From assembly GCA_965218585.1 (NCBI GenBank), contig CBDCLE010000001.1, forward strand, positions 192,001-256,000: DNA of 64,000 nt, read 5' to 3'. Below the pieces are notes generated by a model. That model was not told the origin of the DNA. It worked only from the letters and a program-made list of their open reading frames with translations, and made no database searches. Shown in pieces: positions 42,763 to 51,188 of the stretch (positions within the stretch are counted from its first letter, which is position 1; each line of letters opens with the position of its first letter). The position numbers and the translations under genes were made by a program. The DNA is from Terriglobia bacterium. GTDB lineage: Bacteria; Acidobacteriota; Terriglobia; 20CM-2-55-15.

Positions 42763-42835
42763 CGCCGCGGAGGAGAAGGCGCAGAGATCTTTCTATTCGC
42801 TTCCTGCGACCTCAGCGCCTTTGCGTCTCTGCGTT
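42763..42835. repeat. CGCAGAG/CTCTGCG palindromic repeat
   Basis: ...GGCGCAGAG... facing CTCAGCGCCTTTGCGTCTCTGCGTT; between convergent genes. Confidence 0.6.
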
Positions 42836-42847
42836 ATATCTTCGTGT

Positions 42848-43282
42848 TCAAGAACGGAAGGTTACTTCGGCGAGCATGAATGCCATGCCTTCGGGCACGA
42901 TGTTGAGCGATACGAAATCGGTTCCCAACAGTTTCCGTACTTCATCGAAGACGTTCTGATCGATTTGATCGATCCGGAACGTAGCACGGTGCGTGTCTCC
43001 CTCGGAAAGCAGTTCGCAGTCCAGAGCCTTCAGGCGTTTGATGATCCAGTGCAGACGTCCGGCAAACGTCGAGGTGTCGACTTTGCCGTCAATCCGGACA
43101 ATGGTTTCTTCAGGCAACCAGCAGAATTTGTCGGTGTGGTAGAGGAGGCGGTAGTTGCTGCGTTTGTTTTCAAGAACCAGCCCGGCATCCTTCGGGATGC
43201 CGAGCTGGGATCGATGATAAGGGGATCCGCAGTAGACGAAATCCCCGACGTCTATGTTTTTGGTCTTAGTACGCTGTCCCAT
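42848..43282 (-). CDS. Hypothetical protein
   Basis: 144-aa ORF co-oriented with moeB, 18 bp downstream of it. Confidence 0.7.
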   Translation of the reverse strand: MGQRTKTKNIDVGDFVYCGSPYHRSQLGIPKDAGLVLENKRSNYRLLYHTDKFCWLPEETIVRIDGKVDTSTFAGRLHWIIKRLKALDCELLSEGDTHRATFRIDQIDQNVFDEVRKLLGTDFVSLNIVPEGMAFMLAEVTFRS

Positions 43283-43300
43283 TGGAGCAGGGTACTCGAG

Positions 43301-44464
43301 TTACCCCGTTGCACAGACAAAGTCAGCAATGGACTCCAGGTCGATATGGGGGTTCTCGCCGCAGGTGGTGCACTTCGGGTCCTTGCGGACCTTCACCTGG
43401 CGGAACGAGGATTCCAGTGCGTCATAGACCAGAAGGCGGCCTGAGAGCGATTCGCCGATTCCGAGCAGAAGCTTGATGGTTTCCGTTGCCTGAAGCACCC
43501 CGATCGTTCCGGGAAGGACGCCCAGGACACCGGCTTCAGCACAGCTCGGGGCCAGTTCAGCCGGCGCAGCTGCGGGGTAGAGGCATCTGAAGCAAGGTCC
43601 TTCGTGAGGGACGAATGTCGAAACCTGTCCGTCGAATCGGAAGATGCTGCCATAGGCCACTGGCTTGTTGAGCATCACAGCCGCATCGTTTACCAGATAT
43701 GCCGTGGAGAAGTTGTCCGACCCGCTGACGATGACATCGTATTCCTTGAAGATGTCGAGCACGTTAGAGGCATCGAGCCGGAGGTTGTACGTGTTGACCT
43801 TTACGTCCGGGTTCACCTCGAACAGGGTCCGGCGTGCAGAGTCGGTCTTAGGGACGCCGATAGAAGACGTCCAATGCAGGATCTGGCGCTGGAGATTCGA
43901 TTCATCGACGACGTCGTCATCCACCAGACCAATCGTTCCCACGCCCGAAGCTGCGAGGTAAATTCCGGCCGGGGATCCCAGTCCGCCCGCGCCCACCAGC
44001 AGTACCTTGCTCTTGAGAAGCTTGAGCTGGCCTTCTTCTCCGACTTCAGGAATCAGCACGTGGCGGCTGTAGCGAGCCATCTGGTCCTTACCCACGGTTT
44101 CAGGGATGACGAGTGTGAAGCCATTGTCTTTCCAGTCGCGAACGCCCCCGGCCATGGAACGAACGTTGGAATAGCCAAGTTGATTCAGGCTCCTTGCAGC
44201 AAACGCGGACCGCACGCCCCCGGCACAGTAAACGACGATCGCCTCGTCCTTGTCGGTAATCATCTTCTCGACCTTGACTTCCAGAAAGCCGCGCGGGAGG
44301 AACTGGGCGCCTTCGATGTGGCCCTGGTCCCACTCGTCTTTTTCACGGACGTCGAGCAGAGTGAAGTCCCTGTTGCCGTTCAATTTGGCGTTTATTTCCT
44401 GAGGGGTTACCTCTTCAATCTCCTGCTTTACGCTGGTGAGTAATTCATTGAAATTCGGGCTCAT
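43301..44464 (-). CDS. moeB: Rhodanese-ThiF/MoeB fusion (sulfur-carrier adenylyltransferase)
   Basis: N-terminal rhodanese (DVRE..E...GHI, YCAGGVRS), then RYSRH, GAGGLG, SNLQRQ, CFRC, SCAEAGV, CTTC. Confidence 0.88.
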   Translation of the reverse strand: MSPNFNELLTSVKQEIEEVTPQEINAKLNGNRDFTLLDVREKDEWDQGHIEGAQFLPRGFLEVKVEKMITDKDEAIVVYCAGGVRSAFAARSLNQLGYSNVRSMAGGVRDWKDNGFTLVIPETVGKDQMARYSRHVLIPEVGEEGQLKLLKSKVLLVGAGGLGSPAGIYLAASGVGTIGLVDDDVVDESNLQRQILHWTSSIGVPKTDSARRTLFEVNPDVKVNTYNLRLDASNVLDIFKEYDVIVSGSDNFSTAYLVNDAAVMLNKPVAYGSIFRFDGQVSTFVPHEGPCFRCLYPAAAPAELAPSCAEAGVLGVLPGTIGVLQATETIKLLLGIGESLSGRLLVYDALESSFRQVKVRKDPKCTTCGENPHIDLESIADFVCATG

Positions 44465-44502
44465 AGCGCTCCTCAGTGGGGCAGATTCCTCTTAATCAGA
44501 TC

Positions 44503-44527
44503 TAAATTGATCAACTTTGTCATGTAT
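44503..44527 (-). promoter_or_regulatory. Candidate Rrf2 operator upstream of moeB
   Basis: ATACATGACAAAGTTGATCAATTTA; 14 of the first 19 nt are identical to the isc site. Confidence 0.45.
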
Positions 44528-44576
44528 CCTGCTATTAAGGTACAACAACCTTTCAAGATTTCGCAACGGTAACACC

Positions 44577-44647
44577 GCAGGTGCGGTCTATGACCGCAAC
44601 ATTTTCCAGGTCCTCCCGAGGCTAGTGCGCCGATAGAGCGCACCTAT
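44577..44647. repeat. GTAG-type REP doublet, copy 3 (degenerate)
   Basis: GCAGGTGCGGTCTATGACCGCAA ... GTGCGCCGATAGAGCGCACCTAT. Confidence 0.8.
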
Positions 44648-44666
44648 CAGAAGAAGCTGGTCGCTC

Positions 44667-45359
44667 TCACTCCATCCCGCCTTCTCGTTCCCATTCCTCG
44701 CCCTGTCTTCTGAGTGCGTCGAGGACGTTCTGCATCCGTTCATGGGTATCGCGAACCGAAGCCTCGTCTGCATCCGCGGCTATCCAGATGGCGGGAGCTA
44801 CAAAGACCATCGCCCGCGTGAACGGGAACGGGATCTGGAAGTGATCCCAGCTGTTGAGCTGAATCTTACGCTTTAACGCGATGTGAAAGCACAAAATACC
44901 TGCCCCCGTCTTTCGGGCCAATATTGCGGGCCCCTGTTTGGCGACGTAACGCGGCCCGCGTGGTCCGTCTATGGTGAACGCGACGTCATGATGGTTGCGT
45001 ATTTCGCGGACCATCTCGGCCAGAGCCCGGAATCCGTCGTGTGAGCTCGAGCCCCGTGCTGCTCCGTACCCGTGACGCTCGATGCAGGCGGCGATCATTT
45101 CGCCGTCGAAGTTCAGGCTCGTCATGACGACGATGCCCCTGTTTCTCCAGTACCAGGTTGCGGGGAATATGCGACCGTGCCAGAAGGTGAATATGGCTTG
45201 TTGACCCGTGCTGTGGATCTCTTCGAGGTGGGGAAAGCCCCTCACTTCCCATCGCAGACTACGTCCGATCAACGCGATCGTCCAGTAGCCGATTCGGGCA
45301 ACCAGGCTGATCTTGATGCGTTCGGCTGAAGAGAACCGGCGTGGTTGACCGACCTCCAT
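44667..45359 (-). CDS. DUF374 / lysophospholipid acyltransferase family protein
   Basis: FWHG, S...DGE, RGSS, DGPRGP, SWD.F.IP.PF. Confidence 0.9.
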   Translation of the reverse strand: MEVGQPRRFSSAERIKISLVARIGYWTIALIGRSLRWEVRGFPHLEEIHSTGQQAIFTFWHGRIFPATWYWRNRGIVVMTSLNFDGEMIAACIERHGYGAARGSSSHDGFRALAEMVREIRNHHDVAFTIDGPRGPRYVAKQGPAILARKTGAGILCFHIALKRKIQLNSWDHFQIPFPFTRAMVFVAPAIWIAADADEASVRDTHERMQNVLDALRRQGEEWEREGGME

Positions 45360-45500
45360 TCAAACGTAGTCTTTGGGGTCCCGCTTGAACTTGTCGTAGC
45401 AGCCGGAAGAACAGAAATAATACTCTTTCCCTCTATATTCGGATTTGAACTCCGCCATATCGGGATCGATCGACATCTGGCAAACAGGATCAGTTTCCAT
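45360..45500 (-). CDS. YHS-domain protein, 46 aa (absent from the ORF track)
   Basis: METDPVCQMSIDPDMAEFKSEYRGKEYYFCSSGCYDKFKRDPKDYV; RBS AGGAG; abuts the DUF374 start. Confidence 0.9.
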   Translation of the reverse strand: METDPVCQMSIDPDMAEFKSEYRGKEYYFCSSGCYDKFKRDPKDYV

Positions 45501-45611
45501 CGCAACTCCTTTTATCAGGAAATTCGGGTCCGTCTCTGGAAATTCCTTTGCAAGGATAAATCAAAAACGCTGTTTCGTGGATTTCGTTTTTCGCTGGCCC
45601 TGACGGCGCCA

Positions 45612-45627
45612 TGGCACCTGATGTGCT
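45612..45627 (+). promoter_or_regulatory. Candidate sigma-54 promoter
   Basis: TGGCACCTGATGTGCT has GG-N10-GC spacing, 25 nt before the ATG at 45653. Confidence 0.55.
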
Positions 45628-45652
45628 CTTGAAGAGCGTAAGGGAGGGTTTG

Positions 45653-45847
45653 ATGGTCTGTCCAAGATGCTTGACCGAAGGCGAGATTATGTATTCGGAC
45701 CTGTCGCGTGGACTGATGTGTTTTGCGCTCGAGTGTGGATGGGAGCAGAACTTGGAATCCAGCGAGACTTACGAACTCGTGGAAGACTTTGAAGGGACAG
45801 TGATTCCGATGCCCCAGGAGGGGGCTTCCGGGCAGCAGCTGCGTTAA
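45653..45847 (+). CDS. Small zinc-ribbon-like protein
   Basis: MVCPRC...C-x4-C; RBS GGGAGG at 45642-45647. Confidence 0.6.
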   Translation: MVCPRCLTEGEIMYSDLSRGLMCFALECGWEQNLESSETYELVEDFEGTVIPMPQEGASGQQLR

Positions 45848-46150
45848 TCAGCTAACGGTGGCCACCGGGACCACAACCAGTCCCATGGGATCTCTGACAA
45901 CGCCTTCGACGCCCAGAGATTGAAAGATCAGCGCTGTCTTCCTGACCTGCTCGGCGGGCACGGTCAGTATCTTGACAGGGCGAGGGGACTCCTTCATCTG
46001 CATCACCGCCGCCGCCAGTTCCCATACGTCGTTGCTGGCAACCGCCAGTTCCTCCACTACGCTTTCAGATCCGTCCCCTTCGGGAGTCCAATAGGGATCT
46101 GGCCGGGTTGTCGTGTGCCGGCGTTCCCAGGCTTCGAAGGTTTCGCTCAT
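45848..46150 (-). CDS. Hypothetical protein (start uncertain)
   Basis: About 100-aa ORF with ordinary composition, MSETFEAWERR... Confidence 0.55.
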   Translation of the reverse strand: MSETFEAWERRHTTTRPDPYWTPEGDGSESVVEELAVASNDVWELAAAVMQMKESPRPVKILTVPAEQVRKTALIFQSLGVEGVVRDPMGLVVVPVATVS

Positions 46151-46245
46151 ACTGCTATCCGTATCGGCCCGTTCGATCGATTTGGTTACCCAAATATTGC
46201 CTGCCAGTTGAGAGTTTCCCTCCACTCACGTCACAATAGACAGAT

Positions 46246-46941
46246 ATGAAGATGTTTCTCTTCGACGTGGATCTCACCCTCGTGAATACGGGAGGTGCCG
46301 GGATCCGGGCCCTGAACAGGGCCACCCAGGAGGTTCTTGGCATCACCGAAGTCATGGCCAGTGTCACGCCGCATGGGAAGACCGATCCTGCGATCGTTCG
46401 TGAGATCTTTGGCCAAGGTGAATGGGATAAGAGCCTAACACTGCAACATGTTACAGACGCTATTTTAGATAAGTACTTGATGTATCTGGGAGGGGAAGTT
46501 CGGGATTCACAGCGCTACCGCGTCCTTCCCGGCATCCTCGAACTGCTCGAAGAAACAGGTTCTCGAAACGATGTGCATCTGGGGCTGGCGACGGGGAACC
46601 TGGAGCGGGGTGCCCGAATCAAGCTGGAGCGAGGCGGCCTCAATCCATTCTTCGGGTTCGGGGGTTTTGGCTCCGATTCCGAAGACCGGGCCGAGGTTGT
46701 CCGGCGAGCTGCCCGGCAGGTGAACAGCGGAAACGGAGTCGAAATCGGGCCGGGAGACACGTTTGTCATTGGAGACACGCCAAAAGACATTGAAGCTGGT
46801 AAGCGGGCTGGTTTTCAGACGGTTGGCGTGGCGACGGGGAGTTATTCAGTGGAGGCGCTCCGGGAGACCGGAGCAGACGTAGTGATCGAAGACTTTGGCG
46901 TTGGTCGCGATCAGTTCCTGGTTTCCACTCTCATCGCATAG
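46246..46941 (+). CDS. HAD-family hydrolase
   Basis: FDVDLTL, GKTD, ATGN, FGSD, IGDTPKD. Confidence 0.9.
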   Translation: MKMFLFDVDLTLVNTGGAGIRALNRATQEVLGITEVMASVTPHGKTDPAIVREIFGQGEWDKSLTLQHVTDAILDKYLMYLGGEVRDSQRYRVLPGILELLEETGSRNDVHLGLATGNLERGARIKLERGGLNPFFGFGGFGSDSEDRAEVVRRAARQVNSGNGVEIGPGDTFVIGDTPKDIEAGKRAGFQTVGVATGSYSVEALRETGADVVIEDFGVGRDQFLVSTLIA

Positions 46942-48008
46942 ACATCGACTCGTTCGAGCGGGCTCTCGTTTTCGGTTTCAACTTCCGCGATCCGTTCAAC
47001 TACATCCATACCTGCCGCGACCTGTCCGAAAACGGTGTAGTAGTTGTCCAGCGCGGGCTGATCGCCCAGGACGATGAAGAACGAGGTCAGGGCACTGTCG
47101 ATTTCCTCTCCGCGCGCCATCGAGACGATTCCCGCCGTGTGTTTGATCTCGCTTATTTCTGCAGTAATCGGTACGACGAACTCTTCCGCTGCCTGAGGGT
47201 ACGCCTCCGCGCGCGTGTTCAGATCTCCTGTCTGGATCACGAACCCGGGGGCAATGCGGTGAAATGCCGTCATGTCGTACACACCCAGAAATGCCAGTCG
47301 CAGAAAGTGCCGGACATGGTTCGGTGCGATATCGGGAAAGAACTCGAGCGTGATGTCTCCGAAGGAGGTTTCCAGCACGACCTGAAATTCCTCGAGTTCT
47401 TCGATCGTCTCCTCGGTAAACGGAGGTACAGGGGGCGGTGGTATGGCCCGGATGCTGACATCGAGAATCTCGACGCGTTCTGTAGCGATCTGATTCTCGT
47501 CGGTCGCTGTCATCGAAATTTCGTTGAGAATTTCTATCCCCTCGACGACGTGACCAAATGCTGTGAACTGTCCGGTGAACTGTAGCTGGTCGGTGATGCA
47601 GACAAAGAACTGCGATCCGGCGCTCGAAGCCTCTCCCGGAAGGACCGTAGCCACTACTGTCCCGGAGACGAACTCGATGTCGCTGATTTCCGGTTCCAGA
47701 CCCATGTTGAAGCCGCCGGCGCCGTATTCCGCTGTGCGGTCCAGCTCTTTGGTGTACGGGTCTCCGGCCTGGACGATACCGGAAGGAAACATGCTGTGGA
47801 AGGTCGTCCCCCGATAGAAGCCTTCTTCCACGAGCTGGGTGAACTGATCCACGTGGGCTGGGGCCTGGTCGGGATAGAACTCGATGACAACATCCCCGAG
47901 TTCGGTTTCGATCACCGCCTGGAGCTCGCGGGGGTCTTCGGGGATCGGCTCGATTCCCCCTGACGGGTCCTGCCCGAGGAGCAAGAAGAAAAGAAGATGG
48001 CGAATCAT
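46911..48008 (-). CDS. Peptidyl-prolyl isomerase with two cyclophilin domains
   Basis: Two copies of ET..G....EF.PD.AP.HV..F..L; FHRIAPGFVIQTGD; FG.V..G. Confidence 0.9.
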   Translation of the reverse strand: MIRHLLFFLLLGQDPSGGIEPIPEDPRELQAVIETELGDVVIEFYPDQAPAHVDQFTQLVEEGFYRGTTFHSMFPSGIVQAGDPYTKELDRTAEYGAGGFNMGLEPEISDIEFVSGTVVATVLPGEASSAGSQFFVCITDQLQFTGQFTAFGHVVEGIEILNEISMTATDENQIATERVEILDVSIRAIPPPPVPPFTEETIEELEEFQVVLETSFGDITLEFFPDIAPNHVRHFLRLAFLGVYDMTAFHRIAPGFVIQTGDLNTRAEAYPQAAEEFVVPITAEISEIKHTAGIVSMARGEEIDSALTSFFIVLGDQPALDNYYTVFGQVAAGMDVVERIAEVETENESPLERVDVYAMRVETRN

Positions 48009-48041
48009 GGTTCTTCGTTCCTTAGATCGAGGGGAATCTTA

Positions 48042-49202
48042 TCACGACAGATCCGACCCTCTCCGAAGCGAACTGTCTCCGTAGCGATCATGAATTTCGT
48101 CCAACGCTTCGGCCAGTCGTTCGCGCGATTCTCCAGAGTCGAAAAGTGAAAGTTGTCCCTGTTTCCCGTCCGAAACCAGGTTGCTGGTTCCCACGCCGAT
48201 CAACCGGATGCTTTCCTCGAGGGGGAATTTTTCAAACAGGTTGCGGATCAGGGCAAAGATCTCATTCCCGGTGTCGAGGGGTTCGCCGACCGAAATCTGT
48301 CGTGTGTAGGTCTGGAAACTTTGGTATCGGAGTTTAAGAGTGATCGTTCGGGCCTTGAACTCCTGGCGCCGCAGTCGGGCTGCGACCTTGTCGGAGAGCC
48401 GCTGCAAGGTCCCGAGCAGCAGTTCGGTGTCTGAGGTGTCTTCCTCGAACGTCGTCTCATTGCTGATGGATTTTGGCTCCCAGTCAGAAACGACAGGGCG
48501 TTCATCACGGCCACGCGCGAGGAGCCAGAGGTGGTCTCCCACTGCCCCTAGCTTATCGACGAGTCTCGGGCGGGGAATCGCAGCCAGCCCTCCAATCGTG
48601 TGAACACCAAAGGGCTTGAGCCGCGCGGCCGTCTTGGGGCCGACGCCCCACAGCCTTGAAATGGGTAGCTCGGCGAGAAATGACTCGACCTTGTTTCGAT
48701 CGACGACGACGAATCCATCGGGCTTGTCCAGATCCGATGCGATCTTGGCCAGGAACTTGTTGGGGGCTACTCCAATAGACGCGGTCAGGCCGGTCTCTTT
48801 CTTTATGGCTGTTTTGATGTCGCGCGCGATCTGCCCGGCGGGCCCCATCAAGGTTGTAGACCCGGTCACGTCCAGGAAGGCTTCGTCAATGCTGATGGGT
48901 TCGACCATGTCTGTATATCTACGGAATATCTCCATGATCGTCCGGGAGACTTCTTGGTAGCGGTCCATCCGCGGGCGCAGATAGACGCCCCCGGGGCAAA
49001 GCCTCCAGGCCTGGCTGATGGGGAGAGCCGAGTGAATGCCGTACTTGCGGGCTTCGTAGGAACAGGCGGCGACGACTCCGCGCCCGGTGCCGCCCTTGGG
49101 GGCCGCGCCTACAATTACTGGAAGGCCTTCGAGTTCAGGCCGATCCAGTTGTTCGACGGACGCATAGAAAGCGTCCATATCGACATGTAGGATCTGACGC
49201 AT
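48042..49202 (-). CDS. dinB: DNA polymerase IV
   Basis: HVDMDAFYASVE, SYEAR, SIDEAFLD, KIASD..KPDG. Confidence 0.96.
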   Translation of the reverse strand: MRQILHVDMDAFYASVEQLDRPELEGLPVIVGAAPKGGTGRGVVAACSYEARKYGIHSALPISQAWRLCPGGVYLRPRMDRYQEVSRTIMEIFRRYTDMVEPISIDEAFLDVTGSTTLMGPAGQIARDIKTAIKKETGLTASIGVAPNKFLAKIASDLDKPDGFVVVDRNKVESFLAELPISRLWGVGPKTAARLKPFGVHTIGGLAAIPRPRLVDKLGAVGDHLWLLARGRDERPVVSDWEPKSISNETTFEEDTSDTELLLGTLQRLSDKVAARLRRQEFKARTITLKLRYQSFQTYTRQISVGEPLDTGNEIFALIRNLFEKFPLEESIRLIGVGTSNLVSDGKQGQLSLFDSGESRERLAEALDEIHDRYGDSSLRRGSDLS

Positions 49203-49203
49203 A

Positions 49204-49228
49204 AAAATTGGGGTCTGACCCCAATTTT
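49204..49228. repeat. Perfect palindrome filling the rrf2-dinB intergenic space
   Basis: AAAATTGGGGTC-T-GACCCCAATTTT. Confidence 0.85.
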
Positions 49229-49229
49229 C

Positions 49230-49667
49230 CTATATGTGGTACATCACCTGACGTTCCCGGCTGCGATGTTGCCGGACGAGCTCGGCAAAGGTGACTCCGT
49301 TCAGCACCGAACCGATCGCCCGGTCGACATCGGCCCAGATGGGTTTGAACTGACCGCTGCCTTCGCGGGTATAGTCGTCATCGAAGTTGCCCGAGAGCTG
49401 GACGAACGGGCCGCTAATGCTCTGAATAACATCACCGAGCGTGATCTCCTCAGGGGGACGAGCCAGGACGTAACCGCCGTCGGTGCCTCTCTTGCTGCGA
49501 ACGATATCGACCCGCTTGAGTACCTGCATGATCTGAAAGAGAAACTTGACGGGTATGTTCTGGCGTTCGGCTATGTCCTGAACGCGGATGGGGGAATCCG
49601 GGTCATAGTTGAGAGACAACTCCAGTACGGCCGAACACGCATATTCGTCCTTTGCGGAGATCTTCAT
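49230..49667 (-). CDS. Rrf2-family regulator, CymR-like
   Basis: IAERQNIP.KFL.QI, SKRG..GGY.LAR; no cluster Cys triad; C-terminal MYHI. Confidence 0.85.
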   Translation of the reverse strand: MKISAKDEYACSAVLELSLNYDPDSPIRVQDIAERQNIPVKFLFQIMQVLKRVDIVRSKRGTDGGYVLARPPEEITLGDVIQSISGPFVQLSGNFDDDYTREGSGQFKPIWADVDRAIGSVLNGVTFAELVRQHRSRERQVMYHI

Positions 49668-49738
49668 GCCGTTTCACTATAGCACGCCGGAGCGGGGCGT
49701 TAAGTTCGTGGCAGACGGGCGATTCCGCAAGCAATTTC

Positions 49739-49822
49739 AACGCAGAGACGCCGAGTTCGCAGAGGCCGCAGAGTCAGAAGGAATAGGACCTCTGCGTCTC
49801 TGCGCCTCTGCGCCTCTGCGTT
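49739..49822. repeat. CGCAGAG/CTCTGCG palindromic repeat
   Basis: Four CGC(A/C)GAG units facing four CTCTGCG units. Confidence 0.8.
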
Positions 49823-49853
49823 AATCTTTTTCAATCTGAGTTAAGAGGAAGTC

Positions 49854-50777
49854 CTATTGCTGAGGTTCATCGGTAGGGGCGCCGGGAGTTTTTCGGAGGA
49901 CACGGTTCCACCACATGGCGCCACCGGTGACGAACATCACGGTAGGAACAAGGCCAAGCAGCGCCCACAGGCCTTTGAGAATTGGATGAGTCCGGAACCT
50001 TCCGAAATGGAGCTGGGTCAGCCATCCGAGAACGATGTCGCCGGGCCGTTCTCCCAGGATCGCATCCGGGTCGGAGATAGCGTCGACAGCCGCAGAAAAC
50101 GGCTCAGGGAAAGCGAGATAGATTCCCGAGACGGCCCAGATCAACATCAGGGAAAACACCCAGAACCCCAAGGCACTGTGAAGATCCCAGTTGAACCGCG
50201 GCCAGCGGGATTTCCATCGGACCCAAAGGCTTTGACCGACCCTCTTTCTCCCGGGCCACCAGATCACAGCACCTGTCAGGATCAGAAGCGTTACCAGGAT
50301 GCTGCCGACACCGTTGACCCTGCGGCCGGAGAATCCCATCAGGAGATCGTCGTGGAGGCTCGCCAATTCGAACACGGCCTGGACCCCGATCGGAAATGCG
50401 TCTCCGAGGTCTTCTCCCGTATAGGGATTGAAAACGCGGTCCCGCACATCGTCTCCCAACTCCACGGTTACCGACATGACGGGCCGACGTCGGGTGACGC
50501 GTGATCCGACGCGCGTGACCTCGTATCCGGGGTAAGCCTGCTGGGCAGCCAGTGTCATCTGCTCGGGTGACATCGGCTCGCGGTCGGGCTGGAACTCGGG
50601 CATGGGGGCCTCGAACACCCTGACAAGTTCGTTGCTGTAAACAAGGATGCTGCCGCTGATGCTGAGCATCACGACGTAGAGACCCATGGCCAGGCCGGTC
50701 CAGAGGTGAACCTGGAAGAGCGCCCTGCGGAGCCAGACGCTCCGGGGTTGTTCAAACCATTGCTTCAGGAAAGCCAT
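49854..50777 (-). CDS. PepSY-associated TM domain protein
   Basis: HLWTGL, SISGS, NPYTGE, LHDDL, WDLHSALG, LHFG. Confidence 0.9.
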   Translation of the reverse strand: MAFLKQWFEQPRSVWLRRALFQVHLWTGLAMGLYVVMLSISGSILVYSNELVRVFEAPMPEFQPDREPMSPEQMTLAAQQAYPGYEVTRVGSRVTRRRPVMSVTVELGDDVRDRVFNPYTGEDLGDAFPIGVQAVFELASLHDDLLMGFSGRRVNGVGSILVTLLILTGAVIWWPGRKRVGQSLWVRWKSRWPRFNWDLHSALGFWVFSLMLIWAVSGIYLAFPEPFSAAVDAISDPDAILGERPGDIVLGWLTQLHFGRFRTHPILKGLWALLGLVPTVMFVTGGAMWWNRVLRKTPGAPTDEPQQ

Positions 50778-50891
50778 CGGATCGTCCGGTATTATAGCGA
50801 TGCCGTGGGCTGGCGGCTAATCGGCTTTTAAACAGTCGGCTCACTTGGCCGAATGGCGACGGGCCATCAAACCGTGAATTTCGAACTTAAG

Positions 50892-50970
50892 CACGAAGGC
50901 ACGAAGGACACGAAGATAGAAGAAGTCTCGGTTTATAAGATCCAACCTTCGTTAACTTCGTGGCTCCGTG
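50892..50970. repeat. CACGAAG/CTTCGTG palindromic repeat
   Basis: CACGAAGGCACGAAGGACACGAAG facing CTTCGTTAACTTCGTGGCTCCGTG. Confidence 0.65.
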
Positions 50971-51188
50971 TCGAAGATCTCCCATTTGCGGATTTGCGGA
51001 ATCGGGGGTCAGGCCGATATCTGAGGCTGAAAGCGGACTTTTTTTGAGATTGCCGAATCAAGCGTCTAGACTGAGAAAAGGACCGGATCTGTCTACCCAA
51101 GTGAGATCCTGAGGGGGCACATACATCTGGGTTTTCGAACTTCCTTTGGAGGCCTTGCACCTCCGAAGGGCGTATTTCATTTGTACTT

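Noticed and set aside
21481-50970. CRISPR array
   Set aside because: The repeats are dispersed inverted doublets, not direct repeats with regular spacers, and there are no cas genes
51118-51134. NrdR-box-like sequence upstream of smc (CACATACATCTGGGT)
   Set aside because: Single weak match with no convincing tandem partner
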